Source of the DNA: the human T2T-CHM13v2.0 reference genome, Homo sapiens
Assembly (NCBI RefSeq): GCF_009914755.1
Contig: NC_060927.1
Reading direction: 5' to 3' (one strand)
Length of the DNA stretch: 64,000 nucleotides
The translations under genes and the position numbers were made by a program. Position 1 is the first letter of the stretch. The number at the start of each line of letters is the position of its first letter. Shown here piece after piece: positions 15,001 through 28,783 of this stretch. Below the pieces are notes generated by a model. That model searched no databases. It saw only the letters and a program-made list of their open reading frames with translations, and had not been told where the DNA came from.

Positions 15001-15263
15001 ATGGGGAAGATCGTCCTGGACCAAAAGAAAAGTTGTTCTGGAAACTGCAGCCATGAGAAGCCCTATACATTGGCAAGGTAGTTATCCTGATCTTTGAAAG
15101 TTATTTCATCCCCTCTGACGCCAGTGCTGATATTCTCAAGAACTCATGTTCCCAAGAGCTTCTGGTTATACAGGTCTAGAGAAAGCACAAATGGTGTGAA
15201 CCTTCTGGAAAGGTACACATGTGGGAAAAAGTCTTTAAAATATTCATCTTAAAGGTCACAGGA

Positions 15264-15560
<297 letters not shown>

Positions 15561-15855
15561 AAAGGACACAGGAACTATCTTAAAGGGGTTTCCATTGGCC
15601 ACATCGGAATTTGAGTAACGAAATAATGATAGTAATGGATTATAACTTCATAGAATGAGTCCATACTGAAACATATAAACAAATGAATAAATGAAGGAGA
15701 AAAGAAAGCTCTTTCTTACAGTGGCATTCCAACTAATAAATGTCGAGCGAATGCTGAAATTTAAAAATCATTTTCAATAGTTATTTCAGGTAAAAATCAT
15801 CAATGGATGCTAGAATTAGTAGGCAGAAGTTAATTAAGAAGCACTATTGATATTA

Positions 15856-16229
<374 letters not shown>

Positions 16230-16479
16230 TTACAAAGTGTAAAATAGTAACTTTTTAATAGAGAACACTGGCAGACAGCACCTTAACCAATGATCATAGT
16301 TAACACCATTGGTTACTGGGGCAAATTAACACTGTGCCTCCTAATGAGGCACTGAGGACACAACCTGGCTTCTGTTGTATTTCTCCTGCCAAAAACACAG
16401 AACCCAAATCTAATCACAAAAAAAAAAAAATAGGGCAAACTCAAATTAAAAAATATTCGACAGAACCATCAGTTTACAA

Positions 16480-16708
16480 CAGGGGTGTCCAATCTTCTGG
16501 CTTCCCTGGGCCACATTGGAAGGATTGTCTTGGGCCACACATAAAATACACTAATACTAACAATAGCTGATGAGCAAAAAAAAGAAAAGAAAAGAAAAAT
16601 CGCAAAAAAGTATCATGTTTTAAGAAAGTTTGCGAATTTGTGTTGGGCCACATTCAAAGCCATCCTGGGCTGCATGCGACCCATGGGCCGTGGATTGGGC
16701 AAGTTTGG
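16480..16708 (+). mobile_element. MER30 hAT DNA transposon
   Basis: CAGGGGTGTCCAATCTT...CCCTGGGCCACATTGGAAG...GGGCCGTGGATTGGGCAAG. Confidence 0.8.
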
Positions 16709-17254
16709 TTTTCACTCTTTAAAAATGTCAAGGTTATGAAAGCAAAGACAGACTGAGGAACAATTACAATGAAAAGAGACTAAAAAGATTACGACTAAAG
16801 ACAATGTATGATTCTAGGTTGGATTCTGGACCAGAAAATAGGGCACTAGTAGGAAAATTGGCAATATTTGATCAATAGATCAATATTTGCAATATTGGCA
16901 ATGTCTGGTCGATAGATTACAGTATTGGTCAATATGTTAAATTCTCTGACTTTGGTAATTATATTGTGGATATGTAAGATAACGTCCTTGTTTTTAAGTA
17001 ATATATACTGAAGTACTTACAGGTAAAGAAACAATGACTGCAACTTACTCTCGAGCAGAGCAGAAAAGACACCACAAAGAGTGAAAAAGCAAGTGTGGTG
17101 AAATGTTAACATTTGGTGAATCTGGGTGAAGGATATATAAAATTTCTTCACACAATTTTTGCAACTTTTTTGTAAATCTGAAATTATTTCAAAATGAAAA
17201 TTTCTTTAAAAGTCCACTTCAGGTTCTTTATTATTTTTCTTATGTCACTGAAAA

Positions 17255-17650
17255 GGGTTGACTAGTGTCTCCCCAAAATTGATGTCCACCTAGAACCTCA
17301 GAATGTAATCTTATTTGGAAATAGGGTCTTTGCAGATGTACTTTGTTAAGATGAGGACATACTGGGTTAGGGCAGGCCCTGGTATCCTTAGAAGACATAC
17401 ACATACAGAGAAAAAGGCCATGTGAAGATGGAGGCAGAGACAAGTGATGCAGCTACAGGCCAAAGAAAACCAAGGATTGCCGGGAACCACCAGAAACTAC
17501 AAAGAAACAAGGGTGGACTTAGAGAAAGCATGGCCCTGCTGTCATCTGGATTTCAGACTTCTAGATTCCAGAAATGTGAAGGAGTAATTATTTGTTGTTT
17601 TAAGCTACCAAGTTTGTGGTAATTTGTGACAGCAGCCCTAGGAAACCCTA
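17255..17650 (+). mobile_element. MLT1 (MaLR) LTR
   Basis: agaacctcagaatgtaatcttatttggaaatagggtctttgcagatgta...cagcagccctaggaaac. Confidence 0.75.
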
Positions 17651-17964
17651 GGAATTACAGTCACCCACTTTTAAAACAATGGCGCTCTGGTCTACAAGAC
17701 GCCATAGTCTGGCATCCTCAAGTGTCTGAAGATGCTAATAATGATAACGTTTATTGGACATTTACACACCTAACACTGTGTTAAGTGTATTATATACATT
17801 ATTTCCTTTAACCTTCATATCTGAATACACTAGGCTTAATTACTAACTCATTACAGAAGGGAACATGGAAGCTTAGAGTGGTTAAGTAAGATGTGTAAGA
17901 TTGCACAGCTAATAGAGGATGTCAGCATTGAACACCATCTCTTGGGCCTCTTCCTCTTTGTCTT

Positions 17965-18237
<273 letters not shown>

Positions 18238-19204
18238 TAAACTTGGCACTCATTGTACTGTTGCTTGGCTCTAAAATATACTGAGGATTATTCTGGATGT
18301 CATTTGGCTTTTTAAAACATTGTCTTTGCCTCCAACTGAATATTAATTACATGCAGGTATGTGCCACGTATCTAAGCATTGAGACTTCACCTACCCTTAT
18401 TTCTCTAGGTAGAAACCTATCATTATAGTCCTCATCAGATTATATGCAAGTAGATGCTTGACATTTGCAATTTGACTGTTTTCAAATAAGTTGGAAGTTT
18501 ATCTGAGACTCTTGATTTCAATTGCGTGTGTAAAAGAAGTCAGCTAGGGGCTGAGAGCCCGGCTAATCAATTTAAATGTGGCTTTATTTGTTCATTGTTG
18601 GTCTATGTTGTATTAATTTTTGTTAAATGACTAAAATTTGGTTTGAAAGGTCCATGAAAATAACACATCTGGGGCAGAAAATCATTTTGGGCAAGAAATT
18701 AAATTTTGTAATTTAGGGTGGAAAACTGAGCCTCACAGTGAGATTTATGTGCCGGGCCCTCTGTACAAAGATATGATGTGTCATGTGCTCTGTTAAGTGC
18801 TCTAGCAGTGTAAAAGTCACTGAAGTGAGAAATTCGTTTGAAAAGGTTTAGCTATATGGTGGTTCACTACTGATTTGGGGCACAGAAAACAATCTGATTT
18901 AACTGACCCAGGAGCCTAGTCAAACAATGCCACATTCACAGATTTGGTGATTCACATTGTCTTGGAATATTCCGTGAGATATCAGGTGTCAAGAGCCAAG
19001 TAAGTAACATCAATGAGCAAAAGGGCAGAATTCAAGAAAATAGCATCAGCACACTGATACCTGCCAACTGACACCTGCACCTGGCTTCAGTGTTACACAA
19101 TTAACAGGGGGTGGAGGGAATCGTCACGCACTGCAGCATGCAGCCTCACCCGGATGGCTACTGGATGCTAGTTAACTGTGGCCTGGAGTATTGTGGATCT
19201 CATG

Positions 19205-19711
<507 letters not shown>

Positions 19712-21697
19712 TAATGTAAACATTTCCAATTAAAAAATATTATCAGCCAGTTCATTTATAACAAACATTGTACAACTCAAACAAAATACATGTGCAGGCC
19801 AGGATTTGGCTCAGGGCCCACCAGTTTGCTACCCCTAGGATGTTGTTTACATCTATGAACTCCAGGAACCTAGTCCTCTCTTTGTAACAGGTACAGATAT
19901 TCATGGAAGGGTGATTGGACATGCCCATATGAAAGACAAGAAAGTGTGAATGATGATGAAGGCTTTAAAAAGAGTCACTCAGAGAATTGGTAGTATGTTA
20001 AATTCATTCATTCCTCAAGTAATATTTATTACATACCCTAATATGGGCCAGACACTCATAGGATTAGGTGAGGGACATACAATAATGAATAAACTACAGA
20101 GCTGCCCCTCCCTTACGAGCTTACATTCTAATGAGGAAGAGATTAAATGATAAAGTAAATTTCAGTTAGTGGTAAGCATTATGAAAAAATTAGTGCTGGC
20201 TAAGGGATAGAATATGATAGAGGTGTTTAGAGAGGCTTACTTAGAAGGGGTGGTGAAAGCAGCCCCTCTGGAGAGGACTGCAGAGTGGGACCTGAATAAA
20301 GACTATCTCTGAGACAGAAACATCCCCACATGAGGATGGCAATAAAGGCTCAGGAAGAGATGTGCATATACAAGAACAGAAAAAGCGAGGTTGATGGGAG
20401 AGGCTGGCAAGGGGCATTTTACAGAGTGATATGGGAAACCACTGGAGGCTTTATATATTAGAGCAATGTGATTAACACTTTAAATAGATCATTTTACCTA
20501 CTCTTCAAAGAAAGGATTGTGGCAAAGGCATGACAGACAGAAATCAGACTACACCTACCAGAAAAGTGATAGCTGATACAGGGAAATTTGATGAGCTATA
20601 AAAGCAGGCAGGGTAGGAATTTTCTCCATACTTAGACTGGGTTAGAATTATATTGAACATAGATGGCAAAAGCAGAAGGGAGAAGAGGACACCTGGAATC
20701 AAAGAGCCCAAGCAGTTTTGCATGCCTTAATTATGAAAATCTTGTACTGTTCAAGATTTTCTATAAGGTACATACATTATTGAAGATATTGTACTAGTAT
20801 TAGTTAAGAAGCATTCTCAAACAGCTATCTTTTGAACTGTGTTTGAGAGTGGTAGAATTCAAACTTCTGAATATTTGAGTGCGTTCCAATATGAAGTCTG
20901 GATTGCAATGGTAAAAATAAATCCTATTTGCCCAACACATATACTACACAAAATGTTGTAAGGGCCAGTAGACAAGAGGTAAAATAACTTGTCAAGTCAC
21001 TGTGGAGGAATGATTTAAAATGCAGAGCTGACATGAAGTCCATGTTCCTTCCATGTAATGGAATGTTCAAATGATTACAAAGCCAGGCTTTGAACAAATG
21101 TTAAGTGTTCAAATGGTTAGAACATCAGGCTGTGGCTTCCAGCCTTAGAGTGAAAGGGATGAGGGGCTCAAGGCCCACACAATGAACGCTGCTCCGTTCC
21201 TATTTCCACATAGGGAAGTGATGCTCCCCTTCTCAAACCTCATGCACATTCTGTCTCTCCAAACCCTTCAGTATGCCCATGCATAAGACCCTCAATATGT
21301 CCATGCTTTTAACTTCATTTTAAAAAATCTGGTATGTAAATTTTGAAACTTATCTTCATAATCTATTACAGTTCATGATGAGTTAAGAAATGGCTCTTAG
21401 AACAAATGATTGTTATGATATTATTTTTGGAAACTCTCATGAAAACTAAATGTTTTAAGTAAGCTTTTGATGCAGACTGTGGTGTTAATAATGGGGTTAT
21501 AAGTGGCAATACTTAAAAGCTATTAAAGCAAAACCTAGAACTTCAGTTCTAAGAATTAGTCATTTTTATGTTCGCTTTGTTTTAAAATGGGAACATGGTT
21601 AAGAATTTCACTGGTCTTTAAACTAAAGATACCAGCTGCAAAGGACAAATGTAATGTTCTATAACATGAAAGGACTTGTACTAAAAATCAGGATTTT

Positions 21698-22006
21698 GCC
21701 GGGCGCGGTGGCTCATGCCTGTAATCCCAGCCCTTTGGGAGGCAAGGCAGGTGGATCACAAGGTAAGGAGATCGAGGCCATCCTGGCTAACATAGGTGAA
21801 ACCCCGTCTCTACTAAAAACACAAAAAAATTAGCCAGGGCGTGGTGGCAGGCGCCTGTATTCCCAGCTACTCAGGAGGCTGAGGCAGGAGAATGGCATGA
21901 ACCTGGGAGTGGGAGCTTGCAGTAACCCGAGATCGTGCCACTGCACTCCAGCCTGGGAGACAGAGCGAGACTTCATCTCAAAAAAAAAAAAAAAAAAAAA
22001 AAAAAA
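21698..22006 (+). mobile_element. AluY-like
   Basis: gagatcgaggccatcctggctaac and ggagcttgcagt diagnostics; long poly-A. Confidence 0.9.
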
Positions 22007-23071
22007 CCAAAACGGGATTTAATTTGTGGGTCATTTAAAGAAAAAAAGTATCAGGATCATTAGGACAAATAACATTTTCATTGCTGTAATGGGCCAACCA
22101 AAACATGAGACAGAGAACAGAGGGAAAAACAGATACAAAAGCCAGTGAGGTACAAGCACCAATGGATAAGAACTGAGAACTCAGTAAAATACCTGGTGGA
22201 TGAGGCAGCAACCTAGTTTTCAGTTCTAAAATAACAGTCTGGGTGTCCAGGCTTCTAATTCCAGACAAGTAAAAAAATTAAACCTAAATCTGATCAAGCC
22301 TCAAGATCTACCACTTTACCACACAGTGGACAGAAAAATGTGTTCAGTGACAGCACAGAGTTACAATGAACAAACCCAGGAGACAAAAAATTCTTCAGGA
22401 CATGACCCAATTTCTTCAAGTAAGAAATATGGAGAGGCCTGTGGTTAAAGCCGATGCAACATATTTGGACTTTGAACAAATCAGTTAAAACAAATTAGAG
22501 ATGAGGGCTCTCTGGATACTGACAGGGGTAGTATGGCATTACTTTTAACTCTTACAATAAAGCTATATGGTTATGTTTTAAAAATCCTCAACCTTGTGGA
22601 CTGAGACACTTGGGAACAAACTTTACTTGTATGGGATTTTCTTCCCAATAGCAAGGGTGGGAGGTGGAGTGGTGAACTGGTGGGGTACAGATTAAGTTTT
22701 GCTATTTTGGAGTTAATAAACAGGTATTATTGGTATTGCACAACTTTGTTTCTCAAAATAAGTTTGAAAATGAGTATTACTTCTAGAGAAAGTGTTTAAA
22801 TAGCCATAGAGTGGCATGAGGTTAACATCCTGACAACTTAGAAAACGGATTCAGTAACAGACAATAAGATAAAAATCAAGACCCTGAAAAAGATCTTTGC
22901 CTAGCCCACAAAGCCACCTCTAAAAACACCTTTAACATACAAACCTCATTCCACATGCAGGTGTATCCTCCACAACTCCCCATCTTCACAAACAACCCTC
23001 ACCCACAGCACTCCTATTTCCAAGCAAAGATTAGGGACATAAGTAATTTCAACACTATTAAGAATTTAATA

Positions 23072-23183
23072 CTTGGGAGGCTGAGGTGGGAGGATCACTT
23101 GAGGCCAGGAGTTCGTGACCGACCTGGGCAACGTAGCAAGACCTCGTCTCTAAAAAAAAAAAAAAAAAAGTTAAAAAAAAAAA
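23072..23183 (+). mobile_element. Alu monomer fragment (hosts the CCNL1 alternative last exon)
   Basis: ttgggaggctgaggtgggaggatcacttgaggccaggagttc...poly-A. Confidence 0.88.
23095..23149 (-). CDS. CCNL1: Alu-derived alternative last exon, giving ...RRQDEVLLRCPGRSRTPGLK* (428 aa)
   Basis: Antisense Alu poly-T plus AG acceptor at 23150-23151; in frame with exon 10; TGA at 23095-23097; ATTAAA at 23065-23070. Confidence 0.72.
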
Positions 23184-23484
23184 TCAACATTAATTTGCTA
23201 ACAGGGCCTTTGCTGACATTTGCCTTTGCCTTTCTTCAATGTCTATCTTGTAGGGGAAGCAAACTGTTCAGCATTTAGAAGCAGTTAGCTTTTCAGAAAT
23301 ATCTATTTATAATTCAGCAATGTGTATTACAAATCAGGCAGAAAGAAGTCTTAATGAACTATCTACCCTCTTTCAAGCATGAAGTGGCTAACTTTTGCTG
23401 GGTCTTGTTAGTTTCTGGTTAGTCTTTATAGTTAGAACTATAACTGATTTAAGTAGCACACCCAACACTTTTATATCCTAATGA

Positions 23485-23890
23485 ATCTTAATCTCCTTCA
23501 AAGTAGTTGCCTTGTGAAGCTATTTTTTCCAGCCTCCACCACCTGCCATTGGTGAACACATTTTAAGTCTTTGGAATCTCCTCTTCAGAAGCTGTAACTT
23601 TATTTTTAAAAATATCCTTAGCAGTAATACATCTTCCTCTTTGTGGGTGTATTTTATTTCTTGAAACAGCAACAAATCACTTGGAGCCAAGTCTAGTGGA
23701 CAATTAAAGTAGGTAAAATAAATGTAATGGAGACCTTAGTGTAATTATAAAGCGATGCAACATTTTGACTCTGTAAACTGATTTCCAAAATGTTGAAAAA
23801 AATAGTAAATGTGAGTAACTTGAAAACATTCATCTGGATAGAAATTCCGGCTTTTTCATCAAAACTTCACTTCTTTGTGATCAGCTTGTA
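23485..23890. mobile_element. Ancient mariner-type (MARNA-like) remnant
   Basis: atctccttcaaagtagttgccttg... resembles the MARNA consensus as I recall it. Confidence 0.45.
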
Positions 23891-24302
23891 TTCTATCAAC
23901 CACTCAAGTTCAGGGGCCTCACATTTTCTCCTAGCCTACGTAAAAATCGTAACATTAAATGCCTAAATTATACAGAACTGTTAAAGCTCAATAGTTACTA
24001 AGTTTTGGTTCATTCAATAGGGTACCTCATTTCAGAAATAGTACTTAAATCTGACTCAAAATTACCTTATGACACCATTCAAAAGCAAATCAGGTTTTTT
24101 GGTTTAGTGCTAAAATATAACATTTAATGTCACATTGTTGGGCGACTCCCATTTACTTTTTCCATATATACAGTGAAGACTTACAATAGCTCACAATGCA
24201 GTTAAGAATTGCATTTTAATAATCTCAAACTACCATCTAATGGAGGAAAGAATAAGTTTGTCAGAAAACCAGTACAGCCATTTTGCTATTAAAATTTTCC
24301 TT

Positions 24303-24366
24303 TTTAATAATTTATTTAAATAAGGTATTTGAAGCAGTTTAGAAAAAACAAGATTTGTATTTTATT
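24303..24366 (-). terminator. Candidate polyadenylation signals of the main CCNL1 3' UTR
   Basis: AATAAA on the minus strand at 24361-24366 and 24311-24316, and ATTAAA at 24303-24308, 420-480 nt after the stop codon. Confidence 0.55.
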
Positions 24367-24782
24367 TCCTTGTAAAAATCTTTACACATGCAGACAAACC
24401 AGTGTTAAGAAAGTATTCACCATCATTTAAACAAATAACCACTTAAATAGAACAGTGTCTGCAATTTTATCTGTATAAAAATAAGATACATTTTTACAGA
24501 ATTCACGCTCCAGTTCTTATAGCAATAAACAATACACAACTATAATAAAGTACAATTGAACCTGACCATGGTTTTTAATTAGATACTGCTAGGGCATTTT
24601 AATGTGCAAAAAAATTAACATAGTTCTTTTCAAAAGAAACTGTCCTCAGTGTTCTAGAGACCTAGAGGGTTTCAAGAAATCAAATCCTAATCAGTTTGCG
24701 TTTAATGTTTTTGATTGAGTCCATACATCACACTGTAGATAGGCAAAACCAAGAACTGATGCAGGCTCAAAGGAAGAGAAAG

Positions 24783-25131
24783 TCAGCGCCTGTGCCTGCC
24801 ATGTCCTGAGCGACTGCCACCATGGTGCTTGCTTTTATGGGACCTCTCAAAGGAGCGAGATCGTTCACGCCTGTCCCTATGATGTCCCCTTTCATGCCTG
24901 TGTTTCTTGGCTGCATCTGAGTGATCCCGAGACTTGCTCTGAGATCGAGAACGAGATTTTTTCCTTTTATGACCATGTCTGTTTGAACTTTTTAAATCAT
25001 CTCTGGTATGCTTGGCCTTAAGGTGAGGAGAACCATGATTATGATGTCTTCGAGGGCTTTCACTGTGACTGCGGGACCTGCTTCTTGATCTCGAGCTGTA
25101 TGTTCCAGATCGACTCCGCCTATTATTATAG
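24783..25131 (-). CDS. CCNL1: Cyclin L1 exon 11 coding part (349 nt; RS domain to ...GHGRHRR*)
   Basis: tctaag| acceptor; TGA at 24783-24785. The 11 exons sum to 1581 nt = 526 aa plus stop. Confidence 0.96.
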
Positions 25132-25828
25132 CTTAGATAATAAAAATTTGAAGTTTAGGTTCAGTTTCTATGGGGAACAGATTATTCCGGTGGTTGCTCA
25201 TAACAGGTTCAAAACAAAACTACCAGCTACATAAATGACAAACCAGAACTTTTCAAAATCTCCCCACCCCTCACTGCTGTATGCCCAAGCCTATATATAA
25301 CATATTAAATCTTAAGCAAATGTTCTTATGTCTTTATTCCAAGGGGAGTAATTAGCAATTTTTATAGTGTCCTAGAGCTATGCTTTTTATTAAGTATCTC
25401 CCACATGTTCAAAAGACATTGAAGAGCCACGAAGAGCTAACAATCTAATTACAGGCCTAACTAAAGAAGATTCATTGACTGGTTAATTTGATTATTGGTT
25501 ATTAATAAGGGGTTAATGAAACACATTTTCTAACTGAAATTAAAAAAAAAAAAAGAAGTTTTCACATTATGAACAATACTATGGCCCTCAAGCACTTTGT
25601 GGGTAGCTCCTACACTTCTCCAAAAAACATGGGAGAAAATATAACAGAATGCCATTAAGATACTGTATGTCCAGAACATCTCCAAACTCATTTCTCATAA
25701 TTTGCCTCATACTAAAAGCCTAATTCTAACCTAACTTTGAAAATAATCTATGTTCAATTTTTAAAGAAAAAGCAATAACCTTTAAAAACTCCAAATAAGA
25801 CTGCTTCCCTAAGAAAACATTTACTTAC

Positions 25829-25927
25829 TGTCTTCTTGGAGTATGTGATCTAGAACGTGATCGTGTTCTTGACCTCGATCGACTTGCACTTCTGCTATTT
25901 CTACTTCTCTTGCTGTCTTTTCTTACA
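25829..25927 (-). CDS. CCNL1: Cyclin L1 exon 10 (99 nt; start of RS domain, VRKDSKRSRNSRSASRSRSRTRSRSRSHTPRR)
   Basis: tgaag| acceptor, CA|GTAAGT donor, RS dipeptides. Confidence 0.95.
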
Positions 25928-26026
25928 CTTCAAAAAATCATGACATATTAGTTACAAACTTAGTGTGTTAAAAAGTAAACACATAAAAGATTCCTCAAGC
26001 CAGTTTTCCAGCCCAAGTATACTCAC

Positions 26027-26138
26027 CCATTGTAAGGGCTTTTGGAAGCCTGTTGTCTATCCTCAGGTTCTTTTTTGACTGTCTTCACATTAATGGAGAT
26101 TGGTGATTTCTCTTCAGCTTTTACTTCTCTTGGTGATG
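26027..26138 (-). CDS. CCNL1: Cyclin L1 exon 9 (112 nt; SSPREVK...SPYNG)
   Basis: Matches ORF 26023..26286. AG acceptor at 26139-26140; |GTGAGT donor. Confidence 0.95.
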
Positions 26139-26377
26139 CTTTTAAAAGATATAATAACAACATGTTAACTACTGGATTTAACAGAGGGCCAAAAGTTGTT
26201 TCTAAATGTAACTCAAAGTACCATGCTTCCGCTTCCATGTTGGTTGACTGCCATGAGAGAACATAGCAGCAGTTTCCTAACATCATTTTTCTCTATGCAA
26301 CTTTCAAATGTAAAAGCTCTCTAATAAAGACACACTTTCAGTGCCCCCAAGTCATTTTAATTCTAAATACATCTTAC

Positions 26378-26519
26378 ATGGCTTGGAGGCTGGAGAAAAT
26401 CCACCCAGGGTTGAAAGGGCTGGAGTTCCATCCGGATTCAATCCCTTTGCTTTTAATTTGGCTTCTTGTAAGGCTACTTTTCTTTTTTCTACTTCTTTTT
26501 CCAGTAATTCATAGTTTGG
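26378..26519 (-). CDS. CCNL1: Cyclin L1 exon 8 (142 nt; PNYELLEKE...ASKP)
   Basis: aacag| acceptor, |GTAAGA donor, in frame. Confidence 0.95.
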
Positions 26520-26606
26520 CTGTTGGAGGAAAAAAAAGTTAGTATTTCTTCCTTAGAGTAGCTTGGACTCTTAGCATGTTGGCACAAACGAGTAAATAGA
26601 GAATAC

Positions 26607-26711
26607 CTTTTTTCTGGTATAAAGCCTAAGTGTTTCTATGCAGATTTCCTGGATTTCCTCTTCTGTAGTACCAAAAAGAAGAAACCAATGGGGACGAGTT
26701 GGCAACGGAAT
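26607..26711 (-). CDS. CCNL1: Cyclin L1 exon 7 (105 nt; IPLPTRPHW...YTRKK)
   Basis: tttag| acceptor, AAG|GTATTC donor, in frame. Confidence 0.95.
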
Positions 26712-26823
26712 CTAAACCATAAGAACAGAATGTTTTAAATTAAATTTTTGCTAAATCTGTATTGGAACCACCGAAAATTTGTGTGATTTATCCTACAGAA
26801 CAAAATGGGAAATATACACCTAC

Positions 26824-26923
26824 CTGAAGTGCTCTAGCTGCAAGGTAGATGCAAGCACATGCTATAGTCTCTGGTTGAAATCGAACAAACACATTGGTTC
26901 GAAGACTGTCATTCATGTAATTC
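26824..26923 (-). CDS. CCNL1: Cyclin L1 exon 6 (100 nt; NYMNDSLRT...ARALQ)
   Basis: ttttcag| acceptor, CAG|GTAGGT donor, second cyclin fold motif NYMNDSLRT. Confidence 0.96.
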
Positions 26924-28447
26924 CTGAAAAATATTTCAACTATAAGCTTGCATGTAAACAAACCAGTTCTTCTGAAGCTTACATAAAATTGGAGACTCAA
27001 TCTACTTTATTCTTTTTTCTTCTCTTATTTATATTCACATCCTCATATTCTAGCATATAACAACTCTTAACTCAAAAAAATCAGTAAGCAATAAGAATTT
27101 AATACTAGGACCATATGCGATTTTCCTATATATGAGCGAAGCCCTTTTAAATTATTTCATATTACAATCCAAACTAGAAATTACTCCTAAAAAGTTAATA
27201 TATTTCTGTAAAAAGCAATGCTTTTCAAAGTCAATTCTGACACGATTAGTTTCAGAAATGATAAACCACTCCAATAATACTTCAAGCCATTAATTACTGA
27301 CCATCTCTCCTTTATCCACAATAAAAGCAGTGTCAACCAAGTTCTTTTCAAAAGCTCAAAATACCGTTAACAGGGGTAAAAAGGCATTTTCAGTAAGTAC
27401 CAAGTTAAACTTATATTAAGAAAGCTAAGATACTTAGAAAATCTAGATAGGGAAATAAAGAGCAATAAACACATATAATGGCCTTGTTTACATACCTTTT
27501 TTGTGACTAGGTAAAAGAGATAAACTATTTCAGTTAAAAAATTGCTGAACTTTTATTAATGAACCCTCCCCACAACATTCCTAAACTATCAAAGAAATTT
27601 TACAGATCATTTAAAAGGTTAAGCTGAAATTAAATGGACTATTTCTTAAAAATCCTAAACCATGAGAACTGCTATAATCCATTTTATGCAACACATACTT
27701 AAAATGTCATGCATTTTATAAAAATAATGAGACTTTTCTAACATTACAAATATTTACTGAGTCCAAAAGAAGCATGGCAGTCATAAAAAGGACATCTTGC
27801 TGGGAAGCCCAGAATATAAAAATTACTTCACTAAGTCCTTCACATCAATAGTCTTAGGAAACAGTAGTTGTGGCTGAACCACAAACTCCTTGGCTTGACC
27901 TTTAAATAAGCCAGCACTCCAAATCACACATCTGCATCTCAAGAAGTCCAAGTGCTAAAGCATTTAAGCAATATTATAGTAACATCTCTTTTAAAAATGA
28001 AGTGCTTCTTGCTTCTAATATTATTACCCGCAATACAGCCAAGCAGTTATATAAATTAAGCCAGTGTGGGAACTGGTGCCCATTTTAAGCTGCAAGTTTG
28101 TCGTCTCCTTTGGTAGTATTCATGCTATACACACTAAAAATAAAAATTTAGTCCAACTCCTAATAAACCATTTAATTCATAATGGCTGCACAACAAATCT
28201 ATCAAAAATGAACTATTCATTTTGATAGTTACAAGTATACATTAAATACATAGGCATGTCAAATAGTTACTTCTAGAAGCAAATATACAAATCCTTTTGA
28301 CACCCCGACAGAACTAGAAGATGCTGCCAGATGGATATGGACCACTTCAGTGAATCTCGGATGAGAGCTTGCACTGGATTGGCTGGAGAGCAGGGTAGCC
28401 AATCAGGCCATCCTGAGGTCATGGGCTGAAGTGCAGAGGGCAGAGTT

Positions 28448-28472
28448 CTATGACTTACCATCATGGACTACC
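28448..28472 (-). CDS. CCNL1: Alternative exon in intron 5, giving ...QTAWVVHDGKS* (232 aa isoform lacking the RS domain)
   Basis: Pyrimidine-rich tract plus ttaaag| acceptor at 28473; TAG at 28448-28450; internal GTAAGT donor at 28458. Confidence 0.82.
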
Positions 28473-28718
28473 CTTTAATTAAAGAGTAGAAAAAAGAACA
28501 AAGTTAAATTGAGTTCTCCATTAAAAGTAATTAGTCAAGCCAAGAAAACAGGAAGCAGAAATAAGCATTATTTACCTTTTGGTTAAAAAAACAAAACAAA
28601 AAAACAACGAAAAGCCCCAAACAAACTTATCTCATTATTTTGGAAAGGGAAAACGAAACTTACTTTATTTCTGCTTCTGTTTTCCTGGCTAGGAAAGAAA
28701 TCTAAAAAAGTGACTTAC

Positions 28719-28783
28719 CAGGCAGTTTGAACCAGGGTTTGATTACGTTCACATTCTAAGACTTGTAAATACATAACAATGAT
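28719..28783 (-). CDS. CCNL1: Cyclin L1 exon 5 (65 nt; IIVMYLQV...VQTAW)
   Basis: cttcag| acceptor, CTG|GTAAGT donor, in frame. Confidence 0.95.

Noticed and set aside
26520-26606. CCNL1 introns 7 (87 nt) and 9 (99 nt) are multiples of three
   Set aside because: Both contain in-frame stops (TAA in intron 7, an immediate TGA in intron 9), so they are not exitron-like.
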